Assembly (NCBI GenBank): GCA_051362555.1
Contig: CM120645.1
Location: forward strand, 7,130,001-7,194,000
From: Lingula anatina
Lineage: Eukaryota > Animalia > Brachiopoda
DNA: 64,000 nucleotides
Direction: 5' to 3'
Shown: piece after piece, positions 37,701-50,100 of the stretch
Numbering within the stretch: the stretch's first letter is position 1
Layout of the letters: every line of letters starts with the position of its first letter
Made by a program: the position numbers and the translations under genes
Notes under the pieces: model-generated
The model's database searches: none
Seen by the model: the letters and a program-made list of their open reading frames with translations, nothing else
What the model was told of the DNA's origin: nothing

Positions 37701-39726
37701 AATAAAGCAATTTGAACAATATTTGTCCAACAACCATTTCAAAGTATATACAGACAATAAAGCAATTTCGTGGCTACAAAATGTGAAACATACATCTGGC
37801 AGGCTTATTAGATGGTCATTGAAGTTACAAGGCCTAGATTTTGAAATAATACACAGACCTGGAAAAACAAACCCAGCTGATGCACTATCAAGACGCGAAT
37901 ATGAACCAGTAAATGTTTTGGATACTGTTAACAACAGTCAGTTAAGAAAAGGTCATATTGACATGTGTCAAGATAAACATTGGACCCAAGCTAAACTTTT
38001 CTTACCAAAACAAACAGATAAAAGGATTGAACATGATTTAAGTGAATATGATAACATGAACAGTGTTGATGTAACAAATGTAAACGATAAAGAGAAATTA
38101 AAACAAGATCAACACGAATGCCCTGAGTTTCAAGATATAATACGTTACCTAGATCAAAATGAGTTACCTAGTGATTTAAAACAAGCGCGTAAAATCATCG
38201 CAGATTCAGATCAATACGTGGTGATAGATGACGTTTTGTATCACCTTTATCAACCGCGTTCGCGAGGAATGCCAGAGAAGCTGCGAATAATAAAACAATT
38301 AGCTGTCCCTGAAACACTCAGAAGCGACGTTTTACATACATATCATGATTCCTTGACAGGTGGCGGTCATCAAGGTTGTGATAGAACTTTTGCCTCCATT
38401 AGGAATAAGTATTTTTGGAAGTCACTTTATAAAGACGTCATGGAGTACGTCAAATCATGTGAAGTGTGCCAAAAGGTTAAGCATTTGCGTAGAGATGCTC
38501 CAGCACCTTTGAATCCTTTACCCATCGCAGGCGTGTTTGAAAGAATGCATATGGATATATTAGGTCCCTTAATCAAATCAAAAGAAGGATATAAGTACAT
38601 TTTGTTGGTAACGTGTTCTTTTTCTAATTTTGCTGAAGCAATACCTTTGAAAACTCAGGAAGCCAAAGAAATCGCCAAGACTCTTTACAGAGAAGTGTTT
38701 ACAAGATATGGTTGTCCGTCATATCTCGTTTCTGATCGAGGAAAGAATTTTTTGTCTCAAATTATTCAATCGCTGTGTAAATTATTCCATATCAAGCGCT
38801 ATCATACTAGCGCATGGCATCCACAAAGCAATGCAGCCTGTGAAAGAACTAATTCAATAATTGCTCAAACTTTGAGAGCGTACTGTGAGAAAGATCAAAC
38901 TAATTGGCCTGATATCCTTCCAGGAGTAATGATGGCATTACGTGCAACTCCTTGTACACAGTCTACAAAGTTTTCTCCTTATTATTTAGTTTTTGGACGA
39001 GAAATGCGTACGCCATTGGATAGTGATTTAATCCCTGAACATCATGAGAATAAAAATTTACCTCAGTACATTGAAGAATTGAAAGATGCCCTTAAAACGG
39101 CAAAAGAAATTGCAACAAAGAATAGAGAAGTAGCTCAGAAACAGTATAAAGCAAGGTATGACCTTAAATCAAAGCAACCGAGTTATAAAGTAGGTGATAG
39201 AGTTTGGATATATACTCCAATGACACCTAAAGGATTAAGTTCTAAATTGTACACCAAGTACAAAGGACCATATTACATTACAAAGATATTATCAACAGGG
39301 TGCACTTATTATTTGAGAGATTGTAAAACACACAAGGAACATAAGTCGCCTGTTCATGCAAACAGATTGAAAATGTATTATGACCCTAAAGATTACAATA
39401 AATACGAAAGGCTGAATGAAAGTAATAATGAGCAAGACAACAAATCAAATGGGAATAAAACGACCAGTGAAACACAAGATAGAGACATTCATGACACAGA
39501 AAAAGCGGAACTTGCATCGGACAGTAAGCAAGACGCGTACGAATATTATGAAGTAGAAAAATTGTTATGTTGTAAGAATATTAACGCAAAGAGACATTAC
39601 AAAGTAAAATGGAAGGGTTATAAGAACACTTCCTGGGAACCTGAAGAAAACATTTCAGATGCATTAAAAAGAGATTATCATATCAATAAGACGTTACAAG
39701 GAAGACGAAGAAAACGTAGAAATTAA
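34723..39726 (+). CDS. Gag-Pol polyprotein (1667 aa): Gag with two CCHC knuckles, aspartic protease, RT, RNase H, integrase, chromodomain
   Basis: CQGCGEYTHFRTNC and CNCCGKIGHIAKVC; LVDTGA; YIDD; TDAS..IG, ELECLA and YTDNKA; integrase H..H..CEVC with D,D(35)E core; GPY; C-terminal YEVEKLL..YKVKWKGYKNTSWEPEENI. Confidence 0.97.
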   Translation: MKMLSDLTLAPEKFTGNANEDVERWLNQFENYAQYEKLEDEQITALFPLLLNPTVLNWYDCLTVEVQKDWKSLVREFRQRYKLKSGETWEKASEFFKRHQLPEEPVQSYIESMRRDAKRARLDEGTAFTVVMNGLLPEIRPFVLQREPTDFDSLMHHARIAENAVQPTRRGQRNDIKMITEKIDTLQSSIKDTANAQSAIHILQEPSETRNETNFSPTTASPFASPGKFTPNTIGPRSMPQRGRYLRRSEYKLTSARHTNYPQQRNPIRKWSMCQGCGEYTHFRTNCFARNFNCNCCGKIGHIAKVCHSARVNKRLRKRKRFYNKIEDRKVPISIISDYQANNLVSIQIDKQHVNALVDTGAVISCVSESLLSKLGKKDRNSYEKPSLKEVSVVDGSVVKVLGKVELPLCFEGVIIKHKVHVFSQLPRGLILGTDFLRKHNVKIDLSSDSMTLPDYDLLLPLYSPSVLGLVRNFKSEFIPPRSECLIPVKISHSSSVSVALLEPVRNLESKKKLIGAKCLVPIDKNNSAYRIMNPSDESIFIPKRTILAIASSVSLTSVSVLNEMSKGTLTQKSDRLSDQEALRNADELNINFADSDMSEDQKLQLKMLLGRNRDVFATNLSELGSANMYQHRIDTINDVPVKQTFYRASPKQKNEIVKQVDEMLQHGIIEESMSEYSSPVVLVKKKNGEYRFAIDYRKLNKVTKPMHWPLPRLEDIFETIGTSGAKYFSSLDMAGAYWQLPLDPETKHKTAFITHHGHFQFLRLAYGLRNAGVSFQALMSHIFRDMNWKTILIYIDDILVMSKTFDEHLKHLNQVFQKLRSANLRLKPSKCKFATPKAKYLGHVIDKNGIRPDEKNLEAIKSFPTPKVVKDVRSFLGLCNFYRKFIKGFSKIADPLNKLLRKDVQFLWSPECEASFQTLKEALMSPPILAYPDMSREFTLTTDASTIAIGYILGQKNDNNHDRVIAYGGRSLNNAEKNYTIHELECLAVIEGIKQFEQYLSNNHFKVYTDNKAISWLQNVKHTSGRLIRWSLKLQGLDFEIIHRPGKTNPADALSRREYEPVNVLDTVNNSQLRKGHIDMCQDKHWTQAKLFLPKQTDKRIEHDLSEYDNMNSVDVTNVNDKEKLKQDQHECPEFQDIIRYLDQNELPSDLKQARKIIADSDQYVVIDDVLYHLYQPRSRGMPEKLRIIKQLAVPETLRSDVLHTYHDSLTGGGHQGCDRTFASIRNKYFWKSLYKDVMEYVKSCEVCQKVKHLRRDAPAPLNPLPIAGVFERMHMDILGPLIKSKEGYKYILLVTCSFSNFAEAIPLKTQEAKEIAKTLYREVFTRYGCPSYLVSDRGKNFLSQIIQSLCKLFHIKRYHTSAWHPQSNAACERTNSIIAQTLRAYCEKDQTNWPDILPGVMMALRATPCTQSTKFSPYYLVFGREMRTPLDSDLIPEHHENKNLPQYIEELKDALKTAKEIATKNREVAQKQYKARYDLKSKQPSYKVGDRVWIYTPMTPKGLSSKLYTKYKGPYYITKILSTGCTYYLRDCKTHKEHKSPVHANRLKMYYDPKDYNKYERLNESNNEQDNKSNGNKTTSETQDRDIHDTEKAELASDSKQDAYEYYEVEKLLCCKNINAKRHYKVKWKGYKNTSWEPEENISDALKRDYHINKTLQGRRRKRRN

Positions 39727-42271
39727 AAAAGGAAACACATCTCTTCAAGACGATTTCGATAATCGATACACTGGTAAATAAAAAGATAGTACACTTACAT
39801 ATTGTAAAAAAAGTACACAAAGGTCAAATGTATAATTTGGACGACAGTGAGACAGCTTAACTGAACCTTAAATGTAATCCGGATTACTATTTTTTCTGTC
39901 TACTCTATCTTATTTTCTTTTTTCTAAAAGAGGCTAAGTTAATGCAGTATACACTGAAAAAGCCATGAGCATTGATCTTTTGAAATGATGATTCTATGAA
40001 TTTTTACTGTAATGTTGTGGAAGCATCAGCACGCTCAGCGGTGTTGAGTGTAGACATTTTGTTTCTGAAGAACTATTTAACAAAGAACATTGATCTTATT
40101 CATATGAGTAAACGTTACATCCAAACGATGTAATACAAGTTATCACAAGGTTCACGCCACATCATAATGGAAGGCATAGTAAACTGACAAAATAAAGACG
40201 AGATGTTTTGACAAGTCAGAATGCCCTAGAACAACGACCTCTTTAAATAGTTGTCATTAATGTGTCAATCAAAATTTTTTTCCTACTGCAGTGTAAACTA
40301 AGATGAATTTTTTATTTTCCAACCAAGTGTCAAGTTGTCAAAACAACACTAAAGATAGCACAGCAACATCACATAAATATTGGTTTGTGGCAGTATTTCC
40401 ATTCAATATGCATATTTTCGACATGAAACGCAATGATTTATTTAATAAACCCTATTTCAACAATTTTTCTTCATGTTCTTGCCAATAATGTTAGTGATTA
40501 TTTGAGATTATGAAAGTGACTCAAACAACAGAGAGAGACAAGAGCAAATTTATACTTGTATGGCAGATGCTATTCTAACAAACGAAATATTTTCTACAGA
40601 TGATTAATCTCAAATACTAGTTTAAATTTATTCGAGACATAGAGCTTATTGCTCACAATGAAATTTGGTCTGTATATCAAGGACAAACAATTGGCATTAG
40701 TAGTGGCTTTGCTAAAAATAAGTATACGTAAACGATATAGTGCTTATTATACCGTAGTGATCATAAAATTTCGCAACAAAATTAATTAATAAGCCGAAGA
40801 AACTTAGAACCTCAGATCCATTCATATTACAAAGTGAAGTAATAACTATAATAATTTAAAAAAGTTCATTTAAGTAATTGTATCTACAGACTACATCTGT
40901 CAAAACATTGGCATGGCTTGACAAATATAAACATTATGATAAACAAAAAAACGTTATTTTAGAATGAGTTATCCCAGAAAATTATTCAAGAACGAATATT
41001 GTACATGTTTGCGCATTAAACATGCTTGTGCACTTTTCTGTATTCAGTTCGAAACATATAATCACAATGCAGATTAATTTTAATCCAATCTAAATTTGAC
41101 TTGACTTGCTACACGTGTCTATAATTGACATAACGCATTAATCTTTGCGAGTGAACTTTTGGTATAAGAGGTGTGTATACGATCACAACATATTAATTAC
41201 TTTATGATTCATTCTTATTGTTACTTCAATGATTTCAGACATTTCAGATTATTATTATTGAGAGTGTGCGAGATGCACAGAATTAACATGACACTTGTAA
41301 GTCTTGACAAATATTATGATTTTTTTTTTTTAATCAATATGTACTATCATATTAATGATATTCATTTTATTGTGTGTAAACCATGATCATTATTATTTGT
41401 TGCAGATATTTGACCAGATATTTATTGTTATATGGACACTATATTTAACTTTTATTGTAATGATGGTGGCATGAAACTAATGATATCCATTAAGGAAGAT
41501 TTTCACATTTTGCTTTTTAACTTTTTATCAGTATAATTTTATAAAACACGTGGATTGAATTGATATAAACCAGTGTTTCTCTTATAATCAGCACAGAGGA
41601 GAGCTACAATGTGAACAAATATGAAGATGAACAAGTACTTCATCATGAACGATGCGCTGGTCGCAACTTTGTGGTGAATGTTGTTCATTGGACAGGGGAA
41701 GGCCAACCCTATTGTCTCATGTAGTCCTACTATATCAAAATAACAGTCAATAAAAGAGAAACCGTTAAAGAAAATGTGCCTGAGCCATAACAAGAGAGCA
41801 ACATATTTCGATATCAGCATAGGAAAACAAATAAAAAGTATCTTTGCTCTTGGGCCACACATTAAATGGTGTAAATGACAATACGAACTATATCTACGAA
41901 GAATTGCATTTTCTTAAAAAGTTATTACATTATCTTCCTTCAGGTTATATTTTTGTTTCATGTCGAATATGTTTCTAATTTTATGTATAAATTAATTATA
42001 TAGAATTACTTTTCTTAGTTATATTTTTGCATGACTTTGTGGTAGAAATGGAGTATTTAAGGAAGATAATCATTATTTTCTTTCATTATTATTTTCTTTC
42101 ATTTTGCAGAAATTGACGAACTTGCGTATAACATTTAAATTGATGTGACCTTATCATTTAATCTTTTTGAAAATTTATGTATTTTGTGTTATTTAGTATT
42201 TGCTTTGCTTTAGAAAAAATGAAAAAGGAGCGTATGTTGTAAAGTTTTAGAATTCGAGGACGAATTCTTTT

Positions 42272-42281
42272 GAAGAAGGGG
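42272..42281 (+). promoter_or_regulatory. Polypurine tract
   Basis: GAAGAAGGGG located 4 nt upstream of the 3' LTR. Confidence 0.8.
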
Positions 42282-42285
42282 TGTA

Positions 42286-42815
42286 TGTTGTAAAGCAAAT
42301 TACTTACACTTTCACTAATTACAGATAGCAATTAAAGCGGAATCAAAAGAGTAAAAAGACAAAGAGTTATTGAGTGTAAGTTAAGTTTCTCCAAGAGTCA
42401 ACAAGTGTAGAACATGTTTTTAGTGTCAGAAAAAGATGGAAAAGGTCAAAGTCAGTAACAGTTAATGTGATTGGTTAATTTCATAACATATAATAATTTT
42501 GATCATCTATTTATCACATGATAGCTGAGTTTTGGATAAGGTCCAAGCATGAGTAATCCAAATAATATTTTAGATATCTTTAATTGAAAACAAGTTTCTT
42601 AGGGATTACCTAATAAGGAAATGTTGCATAGTGACTTGCAACATGAGAATGGAAAATATTTGGTAATCACGCAAAGACAATGGAAAAGAAAACAGGTAAA
42701 TGCGTGATCAGTACGGAGAAATTGAGTATAAATATTTGTGAAGTTGTATGAAGCGAGAGTCGGTGAATAAACGTTCGAAAGCTCCAGACTGTTGTCGTTA
42801 TTACTCACTATAACA
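42286..42815 (+). repeat. 3' LTR (530 bp)
   Basis: Identical by eye to the 5' LTR except for 5 substitutions in the last ~30 nt. Confidence 0.97.
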
Positions 42816-43136
42816 AATTAATTGCTGATACATCTTGATATGCAGCTTGTACATGTATCTTTGCCCTCCACGAAATCACAAACATTAAAATAGATGTAGA
42901 ATTCATGATTACATTAATCACTGCTCTTATAAAAGTGACGCAATGTGACCGGAAAATAAAAAACGAAAATAAGAAATGTGTAAAATATTCTTAGGCTAAA
43001 GCGAATATTTACATACACTGGACGGAATGAATTGTTTAATGTCAATACGAAAGTATTATTTTTTTAGAATTATTAAAGAGCAGCATTTTGACATCATAAG
43101 ATTACCATGACGCCATGCCTATTGTTGTTTATGACG

Positions 43137-46100
43137 TCAGTAATTAGCAACCATACGTGACGTCGACCCGCCCATCGTGGTTGTACTGGAGGCTGGGATG
43201 TCATCAAAAGCATACTCCGCGGATTTTCCGGTCGTTTCCGACCTTCGCTGCTTGAGACAAATGGCAAAGTTGCTCAAGAAGTTAAGAATAACTGCCCCAG
43301 TGATGACGGCAATCCAGATCGTTAACACATCTGTCTCGAGGCCGACGCCCTTCTGTTGTAACGTACTGGATACACCTTAAATTGAAAAATAAAAAAACGA
43401 CTCTTTAAGAGCTATTAATGCCAGGATGTACAATGCACAAGTAATCTATAAATACTGCTACATGTACGATGTTATCATTTTCCTGTATGTCGTTGAAATT
43501 TTATAAAGTCATCGTAAACGCGTAAATAAAACGACAAAGCCCGACTTTTTGATTGCTTTTAAGTGTTTAATAACACTCACTTGTCTGTGTAGGGTCAGGA
43601 TTACCGGACTGTGCACCTGAGACCGAGGCTATGGCGTTTTCTTGGAAACATCGGTAACTTCCGTATGAATTGATACAAGTAGCTCCACTAGGACACACCT
43701 TACTCAGCGTGGCGTTCTCACACTCATCAACATCTAGAAAAATTAGATTTTTGTTATTGTTTGGTAAAGGCATTGGTTCTAAAATTCACATGTAGGCAAA
43801 TTACAAAGACAAAGACAAAGGAAATTTTTTGGCGAATTTAGTATAATTCAGACACGATTTTACCATACTCCACGGTTCCCATTAAATATACATATATGGT
43901 TACCAATATTTTAAATTATGGATACTGCAATAACGAGCGAGAAAAAGCCATTGTGTTAGTTGGGAAACAAAAATTGCGTGCATTTCTCTTTATTTTCAGT
44001 AATGTTCTTACCGACACACGTGTGCATGTCCGGGCCGAGGCGGAATCCTGGTACGCATGAGCAGTAGTAACTTCCGTCTGTGTCTGTGCACTTCTGGTGA
44101 CAGCCACCGTTTGCTACTGAACACTCATCGAAGTCTGAAACAAACAGGAAAGGTGACTGATGCAGGTTGAAAATAACGAAAGATAACGAAATTTCTAACA
44201 ATTTTCTTGAATTTTGCTCGTTTCGATATAAAGAACAGTTTATAATCACGTATATAATATATTATTTTAAAATACACTAGTAGAGGGATAAGATTTTATG
44301 CATATTGTATTTCCTTGATTATGAGTCTAGATGCTAATATAAGCACAACACTCTCTCTTAACATGATATTGCCACAGATATTGTGATGAGTTCAGTACTT
44401 ACTTATACAGTCTGTGCCATTGACAGGTATCATCTTTGTGCCAATATTACAGATACATTGATACCCAGCGTCTAGTGTTTCACGGCAGACGATGTTATCA
44501 ACTAGAAATAAATTGTTAAAAAATATTCAAGAAAAAGTCCGTTCCAGGCCTCAATATCTTGAATTTTGAAAAAAAAACCCCAAAACATAAGTAAAACAAT
44601 GTTATATTGTTATCTATATTTTCTTGGCTATTTTAATATGTTTATTAGGCGTATTTTAAGAACAGATGAGACAGAGCAGAAATGAAATTCAAACCTTAAA
44701 AACATATTAACTAAAAATTGATCGATACATATATTATGTGACTTACCTGTGCATCCGGGAATCATAAGCGGTTCCAGCTTGTACCCTGCCTTGCACATAC
44801 AGCAGTATCCGTCGTACGTGTCCACACAGATCTGAGAGCAATTGCCGTTGTTGTCCTCACACTCGTTGGTGGCTATGTGAAAAATAAAGATATTATGTTT
44901 TATTATAGTACATGTACGTATGGCACAGGGATGGAAAATTGCTCGTTTTATTTTTTCTCATTTTTCTATAGTGTATTTTTCTTCGGGGGTGGGGGTGGTG
45001 GGGGGAGACCTCCAAATCTCAGGGGAAGGCACTAACGCAATATGTAACCCTAGGATTCGCCATGGCACATACTGGTGTGAATCATGGTAGCTCTCTATCG
45101 CATTGTCAACCCAACGTTTTACTTACCGAATGGCGAGGCGGGTCCCGGTGGACCAGGAGGTCCTGGGGGTCCTCCCGGGGGTCCGGGTGGCCCTTGGGGG
45201 CCCATGGGTCCCACCAGGCCGCTGAGACCCTGGGGACCAGTTTGCCCTGTGGCGCCAGTAACGCCGTTTGGTCCAGTTTGCCCGGTTTGTCCTGTGTTAC
45301 CGGTCACTCCCGTTATACCGGTAGGTCCTTCAATAACAACAGGTATAGGTTATGTCACATCCTAAAAACCTGTCTTACAATTATCACAGATTTTAATCTT
45401 AAACCCCTCGTAGTTTTTAAGTACTATGAATATATGTAAAGTTAAGTTGGATATTAAAAAAATCGGGCAGCCGAATACCCACGAGTGAACCTTCAACTCT
45501 AAAATTGGACTTCATCCATTTATTTTAATCAAAATCATCTTAGTTTTCAAAAATAAAAAAATTCCGAAGACGGAGAGCTTTACCCCTTGGTCCTGTCTGG
45601 CCTGTTACGCCAGCAGCGCCCCTAGCGCCTATATCACCCTTAATTCCCTGAGGTCCTGGAAATGTATTTTAAAATAGTAAAGAACAGTTACATTGCATTG
45701 GGACTAAAAGTAGTCCATATTATTATTTAAAAAGACAGTCTACAACACAAGAAACATTATTATTTAGTAAATGGCTAAATTCAATTTTGTATGGTAATAT
45801 TTCTATCAATTGATCAGAATTTTAAAACAGCATCTGGCTGTAACATATGGATTATGATTATGTATTACAGTTGTTTTACCAATCTCTCCTTTTGGTCCTT
45901 GTGCTCCAACGGGCCCTGCTGGGCCAGTCAAACCTCGTGGACCAGTTGGACCTAAGGAACAAAATTACAAATTAAGACTAAAGAAAAGCAACATTCAGAA
46001 AACTGCCAAAATTATAAGACAATAATTTCACACAACTCAACATGCCGAAGCCTATCCTTCTAAAACATTTTATTGGCATTTGTGTTTCAAAAAAAAAAAA

Positions 46101-47105
46101 AAAAAAAAAAAAAAATGGTAATCACGTCTGAAACGCACCATTTGTAGTTTTAAGTATGCTTCCTCTTTTACTCAAATACGAATACGAACGGTACCTTGGG
46201 TGCCATCCTTTCCTGCGGCTCCTGTAGGACCTGCCACGCCTCTTTCACCTTTGACCCCCTGTGGTCCGGGGAGTCCTGTAGCTCCAGTGGCGCCATCTCT
46301 ACCGTTGAATCCTCGAGGGCCGGGTTCGCCTGTAATACATGGGAGCTTGATGCAAGTTTTTTTTTTTTGTTGTTTGTTTTTTGTGAGTGAAAGACTTAAC
46401 AAGAATGAGTCAGCAATTGAGAGAAAACAATATCTTATCCATATTCTTTAAGTACAGCTCTACCAACGTTTACATGTAATGTACCGTACCAAATTCAAAT
46501 TACAACATGTCACGCAGAAAAGGCCTAGAAATAAAAATACAGTTGAAATACATGTAGTAACCAACATGTTTTTCAAGACAGTTGAATAAGTTTCAATCCC
46601 AATTTAGCAAGGAATTGCAAAATGAATACTTGAATATATTACAACTGCACGCGAGATTACACATAGAAGGTATTTAGATAAAAAGAAAGGTGTCTTTTAG
46701 TAGTTCTAATGCTACATGTACCTTTATTGGTCCCTGGTTCTCCTTTGGGACCCTGCGACCCCGTAGGTCCCGCCACACCCTGAAGACCCCTGGGTCCTAC
46801 GCTCCCCGCGGGTCCCGTGGCACCAGTATCGCCACGTGCTCCCTGGATACCCTGAGAACCTTGAGGTCCTGTAGGCCCAACACTGCCGGCAACGCCATTT
46901 GCCCCTACAGGTCCTTGTGGACCATCGTTGCCCCTGTCGCCCTTGGGACCGGTTCCACCGGCAGGTCCGACAGCTCCTGGTTCTCCCTGTGTTCCAGTAG
47001 AACCTATGTCTCCCTTTGCGCCTTAAACCAGAAAAAATATCTAAATCAGTCATGTGACTGTATACAGTTCCGTCATGTTATGACATCCATAAGCATCAAA
47101 TATTG

Positions 47106-47183
<78 letters not shown>

Positions 47184-50100
47184 TTCGCGTGAGTGGTGGC
47201 TTGTGATTAGATGTGTCATTCACAGGAAAAAACATTGGTCTACATTCGAAATCACTTGCTTTGTCATTGGTTTTAGCACTTGATTATTTAACAACCACAA
47301 ACCGGATTCTAGAGGAAATCAGATTCTACGGAAACATAATTTAACGGATACCTGTGGGTCCCGTCAATCCCTGTAGGCCTTGCGCTCCTTTCTGTCCAGC
47401 AGCACCGGTGACACCAGCCCGTCCATCATTACCCTGCAGACCGGGACTTCCTTGTTGACCAACGTCTCCCTTCTCCCCTTTGGCTCCCTGTATGCCGTTA
47501 GCTCCCTGGATACCTTGTACACCAGCCTCGCCCTTGGAACCTTTTTGGCCTTGGCTTCCTGTAGGCAAAAAGAGATAATGCAAGCAGTGTCTAATTGTAT
47601 TAATTTCGAAATTGTCAGTGCATAAGCAAAGTGTGGGGTCGCGGGGCTAAGGGGGCTGCATGCCCTAAATGTTGTTTCTCAATAAAGACGCCTTTTATTT
47701 AAAAATTAATGTACTCACCGGTGTTTCCTGGGAGCCCTTGGGGTCCCATGGGGCCAGCTGCCCCAACCAGACCTGTTGGCCCTGGCTGCCCAACCCCGGT
47801 AGGGCCTGGTGGGCCCATTTGTCCGGTGGGTCCTTGGTTGCCAGGATTACCAGCTGCACCTGTAGTGATACAATTTTTCAAAGTAAAACCAAAAGCGATT
47901 GTAATAATTTATACTCTTTTGACAGCTGGTTCCAGTGCAGTTTACAGCAATTGACATGAGGCGTTTATAAGGTTCCAGTATTCTATTGTATAGAGGTTCT
48001 TTGCTTCATATGGTTGAATTTTAACTACACGTCTTAAGACAATACAACGAAACCCTTATCTACAGAGAAAAGATGTGTTCACACCGTACCTTGTGGTCCT
48101 ACAACTCCTTGTTCTCCTTTGTCCCCCTTAGCACCCACTGGACCTTGGGACCCCACTGGACCAACTGGACCCATAGCTCCCTGTGGCCCAACCTCTCCCT
48201 TCTGTCCTGGACCTCCGGCTGGACCTTGTGGCCCTGCTGGCCCTTGAGCTCCTTGAATACCTTGTGGTCCTGAAAAGGGCACGCTTAGCTACACAACAGA
48301 ACTGATTATTACATGCGGCATATTCCAATATAAAAATTACCGTGCCAGTATACAAGTATACATATTGGACTTGCACTACACACTCTGACACCAGCTTGAA
48401 AACCGTTGAAGAGCTTCCATTGCCCATTAAAACACAGGGTATTTTACGATGACTTTGACAGCCAAACAACAATAACACGATTTTTTTTAATCCTTGCGGA
48501 AGACATTTTGAAATATATACTTACCTTTATAAGATCAACTTTCTGCTTAAACTTAAATACGAAAAGAAAATTACCTAAAGATTTTTAATTTTTAAAAGTG
48601 TTCAAATTCTGCTTCAGTACGGGATTATATATAAACATATACTTCTCAGTCTTGATACATACCTGGGTTTCCTTGGGGACCCATAGGCCCTGTAATTCCG
48701 GGTGAACCAGGGTCACCTTTTACTCCCTGTACACCCTGTGGACCCTGGGGGCCAACCGACCCTGGGGTCCCAACTGGACCCCTGATACCCTGAGGACCCT
48801 CAGCGCCTAAAAGGTTTTTGATATTTGGAAATATATCGAACCCCGCTTTAAATACCTATATACTCTTGCTACGGAGGAAACTGAGCTTATATTACACGTC
48901 TTAATTTTTTCTATTTAAGACAATGTGACACAAAATTTCGCTTTCAAATAAATGAATATGTATGAAACGACATGAAAGGAAAATTATGACAATGATCAAA
49001 ATAAATGATAAAAATGACAGATTAAATTTTGACCTATTCCAACTACGCCAAAAAATCACATCATACCTTTTTGTCCGGCTGGTCCCGTGGGTCCAGCTGC
49101 CCCGGGGGAGCCTTTAGGTCCTGTAGGTCCACTTACATTCAATACCAGCGTCCCAGGATTAACTGAAAAAAAAAAACAATAACAACGAGTTTCCAAGAAT
49201 TAACTGAAATAATGACAAAAGTGCTAGTATCTTACAATCTCAACTACAGCAATCCAAGCAGGTACATGAGGTAAAGTGTGGTGAGGTAAGTGAATTGTGG
49301 TGAAGTATGCGAAAAATATGGATACGGTCGTGAATCACCTTAAAAATCTGGCGTGTCTACAAAACTATCCCTCTATATACCAGGAGGCCGATTTTACATT
49401 ACAAATTACGGCTTTGCCCCCCCCAAAAAAATCCGCTGAACGAAGCAAACACGAAGAAGAACAAGCGAGGCAGAAAGGATCCGCCCACAAGTAGAAACGC
49501 AGTGGTCACCCACTGTAAATGGCCATAAGCAAATATTATGCACACACCTCAGTTTACAATGAATACTTCATCCACGCCACTGATAAGTACCCTGCAAATA
49601 CCTTGTCCACCCTTACAGCTTTAGCAGATTAACAACTCCGGATTAAGGACCCAAGGTGTCCTAAGCCGTCCCACCATGATAATGCTCCCATACTGGAACA
49701 GGTAACTTGTGGCCAGCATGCTTTACACATTAAACAATCCATTTGCTATGTACAGTTCATATATTTTTCTCCCCTCCTACTTTTTTGTATTTCACTCGCT
49801 GTCATCCAAATATAATTTTTTTTCAGTTTTTGTTAAACTTTTCTCTATGTTTTATTTGCTCTCACAGTCTTGTGCTCTAAGTATATGTTTAATCTGCTTA
49901 AACTAGTATACATGTAGTAGGCCCCTACATAATACGTATAATTGAACTAGCTGTTTCAATCTTGGGGCGCATTCCTAGTATTGCGGTATATCTGCCGTTC
50001 AAGAAACCATGGAAGTTTGTGTATGAAGAAACCAAGTAGATTACGGAAGTTTATATAACTTCCATGGGTATATATATATCCACATGCATATGATAGTAAA

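Larger units (their letters stand above)
33972..42815 (+). mobile_element. Full-length Ty3/Gypsy LTR retrotransposon with integrase chromodomain
   Basis: Two 530-bp LTRs (TGTTGTA...TATAACA), 4-bp target site duplication AATT (33968-33971 and 42816-42819), PBS after the 5' LTR, polypurine tract before the 3' LTR, and an intact gag-pol ORF in PR-RT-RH-IN order. Confidence 0.97.

Noticed and set aside
46826-46837. RGD motifs in the collagen domains of G2, G3 and G4
   Set aside because: R-G-D arises readily in Gly-X-Y sequence, is cryptic in a triple helix, and is not positionally conserved between G2 and G3/G4.
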